DNA of 64,000 bases from assembly GCF_009914755.1 (NCBI RefSeq), contig NC_060942.1. One strand, given 5' to 3'. Made by a program: the position numbers and the translations under genes. The DNA comes from the human T2T-CHM13v2.0 reference genome, Homo sapiens. The notes below the pieces were generated by a model, which worked only from the letters and a program-made list of their open reading frames with translations, had not been told where the DNA came from and ran no database searches. Below, piece after piece: positions 48,291-63,523 of the stretch. Numbering within the stretch: the first letter of the stretch is position 1; each line of letters starts with the position of its first letter.

Positions 48291-49730
48291 CTTCTGTTTT
48301 CAGGAATTTTCATACTGGACTAAGGCTCTGAGGCTCCAGAGAAATATACTAAGAAAGTTGTGGCAGATGGAGGAGGTGGATGTGGGGCACGGAGGATAGT
48401 CCCCCCTCCCCTAAATTCAACCACAATAATTATACCTTATAACAGTTGCTTATTAACCTTCTGCTTAAGAGTTTGTTTTTTAATTTCACTTATTAGAAAA
48501 CGTTTGAAAAACATTTATCTGACTGATTTCTAACTTCCCTTCCAGCCTTTAAATCCCAATTTCCTAATTGCTTCCTGAGACTATCCTCATAACTTGAAGT
48601 GATATTTATTTTTGACACAGCAGAATACGTATAACCTATATTACCTTTGACAGTCTATTCTGACAATGTAGCATTTATGTTATACTTTGTCATAAAGCCT
48701 GACAAACTTTCATTGGTATTAGTCTTATCTGTAGAGATTATCTATTAAAAGAGGGAATGTATCATATGTCATAGAGTTTGAAATAGTTCTTGTCATGTAG
48801 GAAGAGTCCTGTATAAATGCATAGGAATCATCCAGCACATATGTATTCCACAGGATAATATACCATCTAACAACCTCTGATCTTTGTTGCCTGCATGTTA
48901 AAGATTTCAAGGTTGTATTTTTCATCACATTCAGAGTACAGTGGTTGAAAATTTGAAACATTTGAAACGAGATATTTCCTAGCCTGAAGATCTTCATCAC
49001 AGAGTTAGAAAAGGCTCCTCTTTGAAAGAAAAGACTTCCTTATACTCATCTTCATCTGGAATTTCCCCGGTACTCCTTATTTCTGACATAAGAGAAGTCG
49101 TAGGCATGGAGTTACTAAGATTATTCCAACATTTTAAGAGTACTTTTACTCAGGTTGCAAAATTAGCAGGCTATTTTTTTTTGCAGCTTCTGACTTCAGG
49201 TCTATTAATGTTGCTGATCACTAGTATCACAAAGAAATTTGTCCTAATGAGCCAGTGGGTTTCCACCTTTATGTTGATAGCACCAAACCTGAATAGACAA
49301 TATCAGCATATCTGCAAAAAGCAAGTGAAAAAGAGATTGATATAATATGTAAATAGCTTTCACACAACATTTTATTTTATTGAACTTTTTTTTATTGCTG
49401 AGTCAGTACAAGAACAACTGTGGGACATAGGGAAGCACAACAGAGCTACTTGAAGTTAGGATGATAATGACACCATTTTAGACATGATGCCTTACCAGTA
49501 GCAGCACAGGTCTTCTATTCTAGAGTTTAAACTTTCAGTCATTATGTATTTGAGAATGTTTATGAAATGCCTTTTATGTAACAACTTTGCTTGGCACTGG
49601 GGAAACAAAGATTTACAAGACGTAGTTTCTGCCCTCTAGAAATGTGTAAAGAAAAGTAAAAAAATAAAATAAAACTTTTCTAGCACAGCTATGGCACAAG
49701 AAAGAAGTCTGATAAAAATTAGCTAACATT

Positions 49731-50028
<298 letters not shown>

Positions 50029-50419
50029 TTAGCTAAAATCATTGGTGACCAAAATAGGTGCCCCAGAGCCCACCCACTAAAGTCCACAGATGCACGCAAA
50101 CCTCCTTTTAAAGTTTAGGACTCATTATTTCAAAAGCAGTTCTAACAAGGTTATGACTTGTTTCTCTGACCTTCAGAAGATTAGAAGTGGCTAATCAAAC
50201 AGAAAAGAAAGACTGAATGGACATATACACAAATAAGAAATGTGGGGAAATGAAAAACCAGTAGCAACGTGGATGTCAATAAAATTATAAAAAAGCCTGT
50301 ATGCAATAGCAACAAACAGACAAACACAAATAACCAGTATCAGTCAGCAGATTTTCAGCATGAGGCCAACAGTACTTCATAGCTTAGGATCCTGCAAAGT
50401 AGATGAAAGGAAGCACACA

Positions 50420-50640
50420 TAATAGACACCAGTTTACTAGTATTGGGTCACTATGTATTTTTCACATGTGTATTTCATTTATTCTTCACAAAGACCCTGC
50501 TGAAGCAACTCATTCTAGTTAACAAATGAGGAGATGAAGGCTCCAAGTAATTAAGAAACATATTCAACATGAATCATGAATATGAAGTTCAAGATGTTAA
50601 ATTAATTTAAATATCTAATTTTGATTGCATCTTTGACTTT
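50420..50640 (-). mobile_element. MIR relic
   Basis: tttcatttattcttcacaaagaccctg...caaatgaggagatgaaggctc. Confidence 0.6.
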
Positions 50641-51599
50641 CAGAACTGCTTAGGAACCACTCCATTGAGGGGTTACATTATTATAAATCTGTAAATGGCA
50701 TCCAAGAGTTTCCTAACGCTCTAATCTTATTAGAGGTAAGATACACCTAATTTAGAAAACAGTTAATATTGCCAAATTAAAAAGCATAAAGAAACCAGGA
50801 ACTTTCATGAAGACCAGGATGTCAAACTGGTGCTGTGTCCTGCTCAAGGATAGAAAATCCTATATGATTTCACTCTCAGATGCTGAAGCCTTGATAGAAC
50901 CCTGAGTGAAAGTTTAATATTCAATCAGCATGAGTTAGAAATAGCTGATTAATTTACATTCTATTTTGTTTGTTTGTTTAATAGTCCCCATATCCAGTCA
51001 CTTAAACTAATGAAAAATAATCACAGTAGATTCTTCTCTTCTTGTTTTATTTTTAAAATTTCCTTCTTCTTTTCTTTAAATGGTCCTCAATTGCTCCTCC
51101 TTCTCCTTTTACATAAAGGGATCATGATGAAAATCTCTTTCCATGCCCCACCCACTAGAGTAGTCATAGGCAGATAATTTCCTGCCCCAGTGACTTTTCC
51201 ATGCAAGCATACATCTGAGTGAGAAAGTCACAGGATAAGGAAATCCTCCACATATCTCATATGGATGATTTAAAAAAAAACTCTTAAATAGTCTCTCTGC
51301 ACCCGTTCCTTTAAAAAACTAACCAAAAATAATTTGACTTAGTGATTTACTTGACATGAAATAGCTCCTTTTATATAATTTGATTGTTAATGGTCTAATT
51401 TTATTACACATTGAAATTCAAGCTAACTTTACTCTGGGTCTTTATTTTTATCTTGCATTTACTTTATTTCTGAATATTTTGCAAGGGTACTTGGACAAGT
51501 TTGTACTTCATGTGTGTGCCCTAAAAGCTCCTAGAAGGAGGCAGGAGTTGCCTGTCTTATTCATGCATTTGTCTTTACAGTTAAGCCCAAGGGATATGG

Positions 51600-51890
51600 A
51601 GGTTAGAGTGATTGCTGTGTATAAGGTTAAGACTTTGGACAACTTAGTTGACATTTACAAGCCTCAGTCTTTTTACTTATGGAAAGAAACTTAAAGATTA
51701 ACTTTCCATAAGTAAAAATGTAAATTAATGTCTTTAATTAAGTTCTTTAATGCCAAATTGTCTGTGGCAGGAAAATTTGACATTAAAGAATTTAATAATA
51801 ATACATACCTCCCAGGTTTACCATGAGGTTACATGGCATAAATTATTTGAAACAGATACTAAGTGCTCAATAAAATATTATTATCAATTT
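51600..51890 (+). mobile_element. MIR relic interrupted by a double-hairpin insert
   Basis: aagcctcagtc...[insert]...aataatacatacctcccagg...taagtgctcaataaa. Confidence 0.65.
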
Positions 51891-54800
51891 TATCATAATT
51901 TTATTATCTATCACAGTGCCTAAAATAATGAAGGACTCAAAAATATATTGATAATGATAAAGTCCAACCAGAGACTCAAATTCCACTCCTGAACCCTATT
52001 TTATTAACTGGTAACACTCACAGTCTCAGTTCTCCCAGAAAATGCCACATTTGCTTTTTAGTTCTGTGTGATCTAGTTGGCTCTCTATTAGAAAAATGAT
52101 GACATAATTAAATTCATGTCATGCTTCCTCATTTTACTGTTCTGTCTTCTGCCCCTTTTCCTACTCTCTCAACTGCCGTATGTCCTCTTAGAATAAGGTG
52201 ACTTACCAAAGGACCTCGCAGAAGTGGTCCTCCCATATGTCTAGTGTGAATAAAAAAAAAAAGTTCCTTTTATGATAAAAAAACATGCACTTAATTTTAA
52301 ACTCTTCCATAAACTAGCACTGTAACTTTAGATAAGATGAATAGCCTATCTGTGCCTTATTTTATGTAACCGCAAAATGGGGTGACAATCCCTGCTTTCC
52401 TCACCACAAAAGCCTGTAAAGATGGAAGGCAATACACATTTTTCTGTGTGTGAACATACAGTTACCATCCACAATGACATCTTAGTGTTAGGCATGCTAT
52501 TTTACTTCATAGTCCAGATTATACCATTGTCAGTATCCTGCTTTCAAAATGACCCAGTCTATGTGCATTTTTTTCCAGTCTCTGGCTTAATCATTTTAAT
52601 CTACTCCATCAACTATCTTAAGGTGTTATTAGTGTTATTAGGTACTTACTTGGTATTAGATATTAATGCAACCCTGTGAAATATTTGGATTTTGACAGAA
52701 GGTTTCTAGATACAAAGTGTAATTACCATGAATTGATCCAGTGAAAATAATAGTTTTCCCTGAGCTCAAATTGGAAAATCTTGGGAAATATATCTGACAC
52801 AAGTTGGACTTTTGGTTTCATAGTGTAGTTTTTATTTTCAGTCTCCTATAAAGGAGGATGACCTTTTGATTGGGTATAAGACCTATACCATTCTCCCTCT
52901 CATTAAACCTTACATCCCATTCCTATCAACCAGGAATAAAAGCAGCTTTGGATTTCATGGTTGTCTATTGCATGATAGATAGATTAAGAGGTACACTGAA
53001 TCAGGAAACAGTGGGGGGATGGAGCTGACTTCAAGTCAGATTTAGATGCAAAAATTAAAAAGAAAATTAAATAGGTTAGCAGTTTAGTGCATGACATCTT
53101 ACGAAAAATGTTGATTGAAATGTGTCTTAGGTCTAGCCTCCTCAGCCACTAGGGGTCAGAATTACACAGGACACTCACAGAACACGGACCACTGGTGGGC
53201 CAGAAAGGAGGGACCAGAAATTTGGAAATGGTTTTGAGTATTGTGTGCATAAAGTACACAGAAAAAGCATTTGCCATATGCCTGCCAGGTCTAATTATAT
53301 GTTAAAGGGTAAGAAGATACAATTGGCACATGGACTTGCTCCAGCCTATTTTTCCAGTCTCATTTTTCTCTATTCCCTCGTAAGATACCACTTGGAACTA
53401 GATTCGAAAGAGGCTCCCCCCAACTCTAGGGGTCAGATTTCTGACAGCCACCATGGCAAGACAATTTGACATTAAAGAATTTAAAGTCTTCTGGGGAAAA
53501 TAGGATTAAGAGAGACAATATGTATGGTTAACCTACGGAAAACCTTTGTAAATAAATCAATCTTCCCAACAGCAAAATAATAAAACAGCTTAGTAATACA
53601 TAAAAATATATATAAAGTAAGAAAAGGTCAACAATTTTAAATATCTTTTACAAAGAATAGTGGGTGGAGTACTATACATTTCCAACTATTATATCTTGAT
53701 GCATTAGAAGCTTTTTATGATTTCCCTACAATTTGAAAAAGGTCCATATAACTTTTTGTACTTATTGAAGATAAACACTTACTGATGAAGATATGAGGCA
53801 TGTTTGTTTGCCTTATCCTCAGCAGCTTTTTGTTTTATGACTGGAGAGTAATTCACTCTTGTCCCTCAAGTTCTCAGTGAGTCCTAACTTCAGCCCTGCA
53901 AGGCTCCCTCTATTATTTCCTTTGATTTGGTTCAATTATTTCTCTTCTCACAAAAACTAGTCACAGAGAACTCGTCTAAGAACTAAATTTATTTTTCTCA
54001 TCTTCCTTCAGCTTTGGCAAAGCTTTTGTAAAAGTTTTATTTTTGACGTTTGCTTTATCTTCCTTCCCTATTAACCACAACTAGTTTCCTTTTTCTCTAA
54101 CTCTACTCAAATAAATCAATTTTTGTGCATACTGGAATGGAAAATTTTACAGTTACTAAAAAGTTATTCAGAAAGAAATTTACATATGCAGTTTCATGGA
54201 ACTTGTGGACCTGTGGTTGGAACTGAATATTTATCTATGACTATATAAATGATACATACATATAATGTTTCTTATTTCCAATTGTTATATATGATCATTC
54301 TTGCTAATCCAAACTAGTTAATATGGACTGTAAACATTGATTACATTGATTGAAAGTATTTGCATTCACCTTGGACAAAAGTTAAGAATCACAGAACCAA
54401 TCAACACAAAGAACCTACATTTTTACAGATATGCAAGCTGTGTGGTCAGTGAAATAAGCACAGACAGGTAGAGAGATGGGGGAGCAGGTAGATAGCTTGT
54501 GGTTAAAGACTGACTCTGCTAATTATTGCTGGGAACATGAAAGCCTTCTTCTATTCAGTTATTTAATGTATAATAAACCCTAACTTAAAGTATTAATACT
54601 TCTGTGGAGATTAAATAAGTTTCTGTTTAAGTGAACTTAAATGAAAAGAAACCTCTCAAGATTTAAAGGCTATTTAGGTGGGGAAGAGGAGTTTCCATAG
54701 TCTTCACTGGGAGGCAAGTTTGTGGAGACAGTTATAGAATAATTGTATGTTTGAACCATGGATTTTGGTTTTTAAAATGTATGTTTCCCAGAGTTTTAAT

Positions 54801-55168
54801 AGACATTTGTAGAAAACTGAATGAAAAACCTGAACTATTTTCATGGATACATGGCCATTTATGAAGAATATTCATGGATCAGAGCCCCAAATATGAATTA
54901 CTGGAGGCTTGGAGAGTATTTCCCAAACTGCTGTAGTAATAATAGTGCTTCATGCACTCTGTGGGGGAAAAGGGGTTTTATTCATTTGGATACATGAAGG
55001 AGGGAAAGAGGTCAAAATTAAATTAGATTGTTTTCTCACATTGACATAAGAGCCATCCCAAGTAGATTATGAATGTGTATATATTTAAAACTCTAAAGTT
55101 ATGAGAATAAAAAATTAGAATTTTTTTATAATCTTGCAAAACAAAGGTTTTTCTAAAACACGAAATCA

Positions 55169-55519
<351 letters not shown>

Positions 55520-57949
55520 TTAAACATTTGTATAGTAAAATACACATAAACAAAGTTAAAGGCAAATATATAAAATAGAAGAAAAAAAAACTTGAACATT
55601 CCTAAGACCAAGGACAAAAACCTTAGAGAAAAAAAAGCCCAGTGGGAAAAGGAGCACTGCATATAAAGGCTAATCACAGAATAAGAAATGGTAAGGCATC
55701 AACTTCATTGATAATTGAGAAATAAAAAAAATAGAATAGCAGTTAAATATATTAATAATTTTATATTATTTCACTTACAGAAAAAAATGGTCATTCAAAA
55801 TTGTAAATTCTACATTTCTTCCCCAAAGATAACTACTTTTCCAAGTATGGGATTTATGACTCTGGACTTTTATCTATGAATAAATATGCATATATATATA
55901 TATATATATGTGCATATCACTGAGATTTCTGGATTTGGGGTAATGTTAGCTGTTCTTATTTTTCTAAGGGAAAAAATTTTTTTCCTTTTATGGTAGGTCA
56001 TAGAGGTCTTTTTATAGTAGTCATTTTCTATTATCACATGTACATCTTTTATGTTTCTCAAACCACTACAAAGCATAAATGCATCTATAATGTAATTAGT
56101 TATTTCTTTATTGATAGATATTTAGGTTCTCCATAATGATTTATTATAAACAATAATAAAATAAATGTTAGAGGTTGCCTTTTGAAATAGATTTTTTTAC
56201 CCTTGAGATTGCCGAAAAATGTAAGTAATTGATGCTATCTGGCATGGCATGACATAGGGAAACAAATATCTTGTTATACTACCAGTGGGAGAATAATTGG
56301 CAAAAATCTCTTTTGAGGGCAATTTGTCAGTATCTAGCAAAGAAGCAAAACTTGGAAAGAAACACACGAAATTTTTCACTGAGGTTATTTCTGGGAAGAA
56401 GAATTGGTTTACAGGAACTGAGTAAATTAGAAAGAATTTTACTTTTTACTCTGTATTATGCTACATTGTTTGAATTTAACAATGTGTGTATTCCTTTGTA
56501 AAATTAAATTAAATTTAAAAAATAAGAACTCCATGATCAAATACTTTGTTTCTATATATACTATATACTATAGTTCTGTCTTAAAAATTTCTAATGCTCA
56601 TTTGCATATTTAAGCTCTGAAAAGCCCTAAGTTACTTAAATGCTGCCCCCTTTATTCAAATAACCCTTATTAATATGTCAATAATTGGATATTTCCATAA
56701 AACCCTTTAAAAAATCATGCCGATTTTTGGAGAATAGCTATAGAGAAAGAGATTTTCCCAAATGCCAAATTGTTCAAAATCAATCACATTCAAGTTTTCC
56801 GTAAGTATCAGGCTCATGCCTTTAGATTCAAGAGCAAATGATTTCTAAGAGAAAATGACACTTCCCAAGGTAACTTCAGTAACTAACTCTGTCTATGATG
56901 AACTTTGTGTTTTGGGGCACTGTATACTCCCAACCACAAGTATAATTTCCCTATGGGAAAACAAGCAACCCTGGGACCAAGTACAATGCAAATCACTTGT
57001 TGTAATATGCTCAAATGTGGCTTGAGTGTAAGGCTTTAAGCTTGAGCAAGATGCAGTAGAGTTTCTTCATTTTCTCAGACTACAGTTCCTTTCAGCTTGC
57101 CTCCCCTACCTCAGCTGCTGACATTCAAATTGACTTTTCACATTTATAATAGCAGTTTCTGTCTTGTTTTTACCATTGTCCATTGAGACCACTGCTGTGA
57201 TTTTCTGCTGATGCACAAGATGGAAGAAAGTGTCCCGGAAAATGCACCACTTATTCCAGTCATTTTGCTAAAGGACACTTGAGTGTGGGCAAAGTTGTCA
57301 GAGAAAATGACAGAAAGCTGCACACTGCTGTCAAGAATTGCTTCCTCATCAGTAGCCGGATTTTCAGAAACTAGACCCAAACCTCATGTGCTCTCCAGCT
57401 TTCAGGCAAGAAAGTGAGCTACAAGACATATAAAATAAAGGGTCGAGCCCGATTATCTACAAAATGAAAAAGAAGGAAGAAATAACCTCCTGTTATTTTT
57501 ACAGGAGGAAACTGTAAAAATAACAAGTAGAAAAAAAGGAAAAAGAAAGAAAACTGCAGTGATGCAAAACGCTGCACAGAGACCCCAGAGGTTTGAAAAG
57601 ACAACGTTGAACTTGATCCAAATGTCAATCAATTATGTTTAAATTTTTGCCAAGTGCTTTGTGTTCTGCATGTTTTAGGCAATGATCACAAGTGGAAATT
57701 GAGGGTGGACAGTGTAGGAAGAGAAAAAAGAATAGCATCCATGATTTCTAACAATGAGAAGTATATAACCTAGGAGATAAACACAAATAAGGGAAAAAGT
57801 GAAGAAGAGAGGGAGGGGCACAGAGAGCGAAGGTAGGAGGGAGTAAGAGAGGTATTTCTCAAATCAGTTTCATGAAACAACAGTTTCTAAGATGCCGATA
57901 GTAGTTATTGTCAGAGGCGTTTGAACCAGAGTGGCTCCATCTTGAATAG

Positions 57950-58276
<327 letters not shown>

Positions 58277-58578
58277 CGTTAAGGCATTCTTAGTCAAAGG
58301 ATGAGATAGGAGGTGGGCACAAGATACAGATTATAAAGACCTTGCCGATAAAACAGCATAAGGTAAAGAAGCCGGCCAAATCCCATCAAAACCAAGTTGG
58401 GAAAGAAAGTGACCTCCGGTTGTTCTCACTGCTCATTGTACACCAATTATAATATATTAGCATGCTAAAAGACACACCAGTGCCATGACAGTTTACAAAT
58501 GCCATGGCAATGTCAGGAAGTTACCCCATATGGTCTAAAAGTGGGAGGAGCCCTCAGTTTCTTGAATTGTTCACCTCT

Positions 58579-58587
58579 TTCTGGGAA
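58579..58587 (+). promoter_or_regulatory. GAS (STAT) motif TTCTGGGAA in MER41B
   Basis: Matches TTCNNNGAA at the position of the second MER41B GAS site. Activity unknown. Confidence 0.5.
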
Positions 58588-59514
58588 AACTCATGAATAA
58601 TCCACCTCTTGTTTGGCATATAATCAAGAAATAACCATAAAAATAGCCAACCGGCAGCCCTCAGGGCAGTAGCCTTTCTTTATTCCTTTACTTTCTTAAT
58701 AAACTTGCTTTCACTTTACAGACTTGCTCAGAATTCTTTCTTGCATGAGGTCCAATAACCCTCTCTTGGGGTCTGAATCAGGACCCCTTTCCAGTAACAT
58801 TATGACAAAAAAATAAAAACAGAATTAATAAAAATGACTCTTAGGACAATTAAATATCAAGCTTCTCAGAAATTTTACTATATGAACATGTTTCTGGATT
58901 TGCCAAGTGAGAAATATAATTTGCTTCATTTGATATTGGAAATTATTTTTATGGACTGCAAGTCTGTTAATTTTTGAAAACTATTATTTTGACAATGATG
59001 ATTAGCAGAACTCAGGTCTCTAGTTATACTTCTGCTGATATCTAGCTACGTGACTTTAGACATGTCTCTACCCTTCAATGAACTTTAATCTTCCCATCTA
59101 TAAAATAAGAGTTGTCCAAGATAGTTCTAGAGGCCTCATTCTTCTATGACTCAAACACAATAGCACAGGTCCTCACCTATGTAAAACAAACTAAAATATA
59201 ATTTTATTGCTCAGGTAATGCTTTTTCAGGAGACACCTTCTGGGAAAACAAACAAACAAATAGACTTTTGCTCTGAACCTTGATTCAGAAGACCCAATGA
59301 ATACAATAGAAAAAGCCAGATTTGATATTTGGTATTCATTAAAGTCTTCTAGTTATAGTTATCAGATGAAGTCTCTGATAAACTCCACAGCACATTGTAG
59401 ATCACTACTCATATTCTTGACTGAGTCCTCCCAAATTTGTGGGATGTCTTTCTGTGATGTTAACTATGTTTCCCCACATCCTCCAGGAAATATCAACATG
59501 AAAATACCTGAGAT

Positions 59515-62500
59515 TTTAGTTTTCAGTTTCAACATGGAAAAAGTTGGAAGTCATCAGTTTTGCCCTCCTTACAAGAAAAAGCTGGAGATACTGAAAGTTA
59601 AATATTTTTATGGATCCATAAGAGAATTGAGGTTGCAAGGCAAAGAGCCAGCAGAAAATTTGGAGAGATACCTATTTCTCCAGATTTTGACTGGATGCAT
59701 CCTGAAAGTCAAAGCTGAGATCTGCTTAACTGAACTGAAGTTGAAGCCATAAACTGGTGAAACTCTTAATGATAATTTTAACAAATTGCTGAAGGCTAAA
59801 GTTCAATTAAAAACTCCTGAGATCATAATGTTAGACAGACTGCACACTTTCATGGGCTTTACCACCAGAAACCTCACCAGGTTCTCATGGTGAAGATTTA
59901 AGAACAAACCCTTCATGACTCAAGCAGGGCTGAGGAAGAAAAAAATAGTAATTGTTACATATATCCAGAGTCTTCCACATAACAAAGGTCTGCCCGCCAG
60001 GGGAAAATAGTTTACCAGAGCTTTATCCCAGTTGAGGGAAGGGCATTTCTTCCATTTCCATTTCAGCCCCACCTAGACTTCCTGTCTCATCTAAGGGAGG
60101 AAATGGATAGTCAACAGAAGCCAGAGTTTCAAGGATACAGCTTTGAGACCTGTCAGCCAGGGAAGGGAGCACGCAGATTGGAGGTAAATTTATACTTCTG
60201 TAGACACTCTTGTGAAAGTCAGAGGAGGTGAATAATGTAAGTAGAAAAAGATGAAAATAATAAGAATGGGATTTAATCATAAAATTACTAAATATTTTCC
60301 CTACCCCATACTTTTCCAGCACATCAAAAAGGCTCCAGTAGTAACTGCTGATTATAGCTAAAAGGGCTGCATGACATAAATTCTATCTAAGGAGGAGTTC
60401 TTAGGGAAGGCCCAAGACAACAGGGGAGACAAAACAAGTGTGCTAGAGGAATTTGTAGCCCGTGGCACCAACAGCCCAGCAAACATTAAAGACAGTTTAA
60501 TTTCTCACTAGATTAAGATGAAACCTCACACTTAATGTCTTTTTACCTCATCTCCTGTTACCTGACACATAATGTCTAGTTTTCAACAGCAACAAAATTA
60601 CAAATTATAAGACATTTCAAAAGGCAAAAAAAACACAGCCTGAAGAGACAAAGCAAGAATCAGAACCAGCCTCAGATATGACACACATGTTGGAATCATC
60701 AGATAAGAATTTTAAAATGACTATGATTTTAGTCCAGTGACACTAAACTACCTATGCTAAAGAGCCAGCCTTTTATTTAAATTTTTAATCTGCTATAGAC
60801 CAATAATTTTGTAAAACATAGTAAAATTAATTACTACACAATAAAATAATATAAAAATCAAAATCTACACAAAATAAATTAAATGGCTGTGACTAATAAT
60901 GTCAAGGACTCCAGTGGAAAATGTAGACAACATGCAAAAGCAGGTGGAAAATGTAAATATTAAAAACATGAAAATTATAAGAAATAGACAAAAGAAAATG
61001 CTAGAAATTAAGCAACGTAACAAATGAAGGATGTCCTTTTATAGGCTCATTGTTACAATGGACACAACTAGGAGAAGATTCAGTAAGCTTGAAGATATAT
61101 CAGTAGAAATTCCCCAGACAGAAATGCAAAAAGAAGAAAGAATAAAAATAACAGAACATAATGTATAAGAACGGTTGAACACTTACAAAAGGTGTAATAA
61201 ATACATAGGAATACCACCAGAAATAGAAAATAAAAACCCACCAACCTAGAATTCTGTATCCAATAAAATAATTTTTTAAAAGTTAAGAAAACATAAAGTT
61301 GTTCTTGGACAAAAACTCAAAAACAAAATTATTCCCAGTAGACTTGCCTCACAAAATGTTAAAGGAAGTTTTTCAGGTAGTAGCAAAAAATTGTATAGGT
61401 CAGAAATATGGATCTATACAAAGAAAAATAAAGACCATTGGAAAAGAAGTGAAGGTAAAATGAAATATTTTATTTTTTTAATCTTAATTGATCAAAGAGA
61501 TGACTGTTTAAAGCAATAATGGTAGTACTGTATTGGCATGTAGAAAAAGTGAAATGAATGAAAGCAATGTTACAAGGGACAGAAAGGAAGAATTCGTATC
61601 TACCCTACATGGGAAGCAGTATAGTGTTACTTCAGGGTAGATCTAGGTAGTAAAAAATGCATATTATCAACTATAGGGCATCCAGTAAAACTTTTTAAAC
61701 AATGTACAATGATAATGCTAAATTTAGAGACAGAATTATATAAAATGTTCAATTAAAACTAGAGAGGGAAGAAAAAGAGGAGGGAAATAAAATGGAATAA
61801 AACCCAATGAATGGAAAATAGTTGCAAAGAGGATAGCTATTAATTCATTTATATCAATAATTACTTTAAATGTGAATGATCTAAATAACAAATAGTAATT
61901 GTAAAAATCGATTTAAAAACAAAACAAAAACACCAAACTACGTGTTTTCTGCAGGAAATATAGTGTAAATATAAAAACTCAGGTTAGAAGAGATGGAGAA
62001 AGATCTATCATGCTAACACTACAAAAGATAAACTATGCTAACTAATCAAAAAGAAAGTTGGAGTAGCTCTGCTAATTTCAGGAAAAGCAGATTTTAGATC
62101 AAGGGAGATTAACAGAGAAAATGAAAAGTACCACATAATGATAAAGGGGTAGATTCTCAAAGAAATATAATATTCCTAACATATGTGACCTACCAAAAAA
62201 AATCAAACAGCACGAGGCAAAAAATAATCGAATAAAAGAGAAAAATAAACAAATCCATCATCATAGTTGGAGGCTACAACATCTCTCTGTCAGTAACAGA
62301 TAGATCAAGTAGGTAGAAAATCAATATGAATACAGATGACCTGAGCAGCAATAATAATCAGATTGATCTAATTAACTTTTATAAAATAATCTATCTAGGA
62401 ACAGAATACATTCCTCTCCAGCTCACATAGAATATTTACCAAGATAGATCATGTTTGGGGGCATTAAGCACACTTTCATGTATTTTAAAAATTTGAAACC

Positions 62501-62910
62501 ATATAAGGTAGCTTAGACTATAATGGAATTAAAATAGAAATTAATCACAGGTAATGAGAAAATCCTTAATATTTGGAAATTAAAAGCATAATTTTAAAAA
62601 ACACATGGGTCAAAGTATAACTCTCAAAAATAGGACTTATCAAACTTGGAGTATGCAGCAAAAACAGTGCTTAGAGCAAAAGTTATAGCATTATATGCAT
62701 AGACCAGAAAAGAAGAAAGTTCTCAAATTAGTAATCTAAGCTTCTGTTTTAGGAAACTAGAGAAAGAAGAGTAATTTAAGCCAAAACAAGCCAAAGAAAA
62801 GAACTAATGCATTTGGAACATATACCAATGAGCTTGAAAAACATAGAGAAAAATCAACAAAACCCCAAATTAGTCCTTACAAAACATCAATGAAATTAAT
62901 AAAACGCTAG
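59515..62910 (+). mobile_element. L1MC/L1MD-like 5' half (5'UTR, ORF1, spacer, 5' ORF2), 3'-truncated
   Basis: Collinear similarity to 3390-6640, including aataattactttaaatgtgaatg (ORF2 start) and tttaccaagatagatcatgtttggggg. Confidence 0.85.
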
Positions 62911-63523
62911 GGATTAATAAATATATTGGGAATAGTCAAACATAAAACAAATAAAATGTATATTATGCATAAACTTCCCTGTGTAATCCTTATAAAAACC
63001 CCATAAATTAAGGCCTGTAATTATTTCCCATTCATACATGAGGAAAATAGATCATATATTGAAGATTACATAATAAACCAAGTTATTCTAAAATCCAAGC
63101 TCAAACTATTAAAATTTAATATCTCAATGCAATATAATTTGCATTGGGTTTATATAAGTTAGGAAGACTTTGGCTGCCAAGTAACATTGCACCTTGAATT
63201 AAAATGGTTTAAACAGTGTATTATTTCATGTAACAAGAGGTTCAGAGTTTGGTAAGTGTCAAGCTTGGTATGTCAGGACTTCAACTCGTTTTTTATTTTT
63301 CCTTTCTATTTATAGCTTTTTGTATATTGCTTTATCCTCAGTTTGGCATCCGTTTTGTGCTGCTATAACAGAATCCCCTAGCCTGGGTAATTTATAAAAT
63401 AGGGGGATTGGATTACATTACCAGTTAGACTTTTTATTTCAGGTGCAGTGTGTACTAGGGGGTCAACCACCACAATCACTGAAAAGATAGGCTCTTCAAT
63501 GTCAAAAATACTCTTTTCTACTG

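Noticed and set aside
48980-49345. Protein-like frames (minus strand EIRSTGEIPDEDEYKEVFSF; 107-aa plus-strand ORF)
   Set aside because: Short, no recognised homology and no partner exons; would need RNA-seq or conservation evidence.
59297-59752. Longest ORF in the track (151 aa)
   Set aside because: Runs from unique DNA into the L1MC-like 5'UTR with no recognisable motif; most likely a chance open frame.
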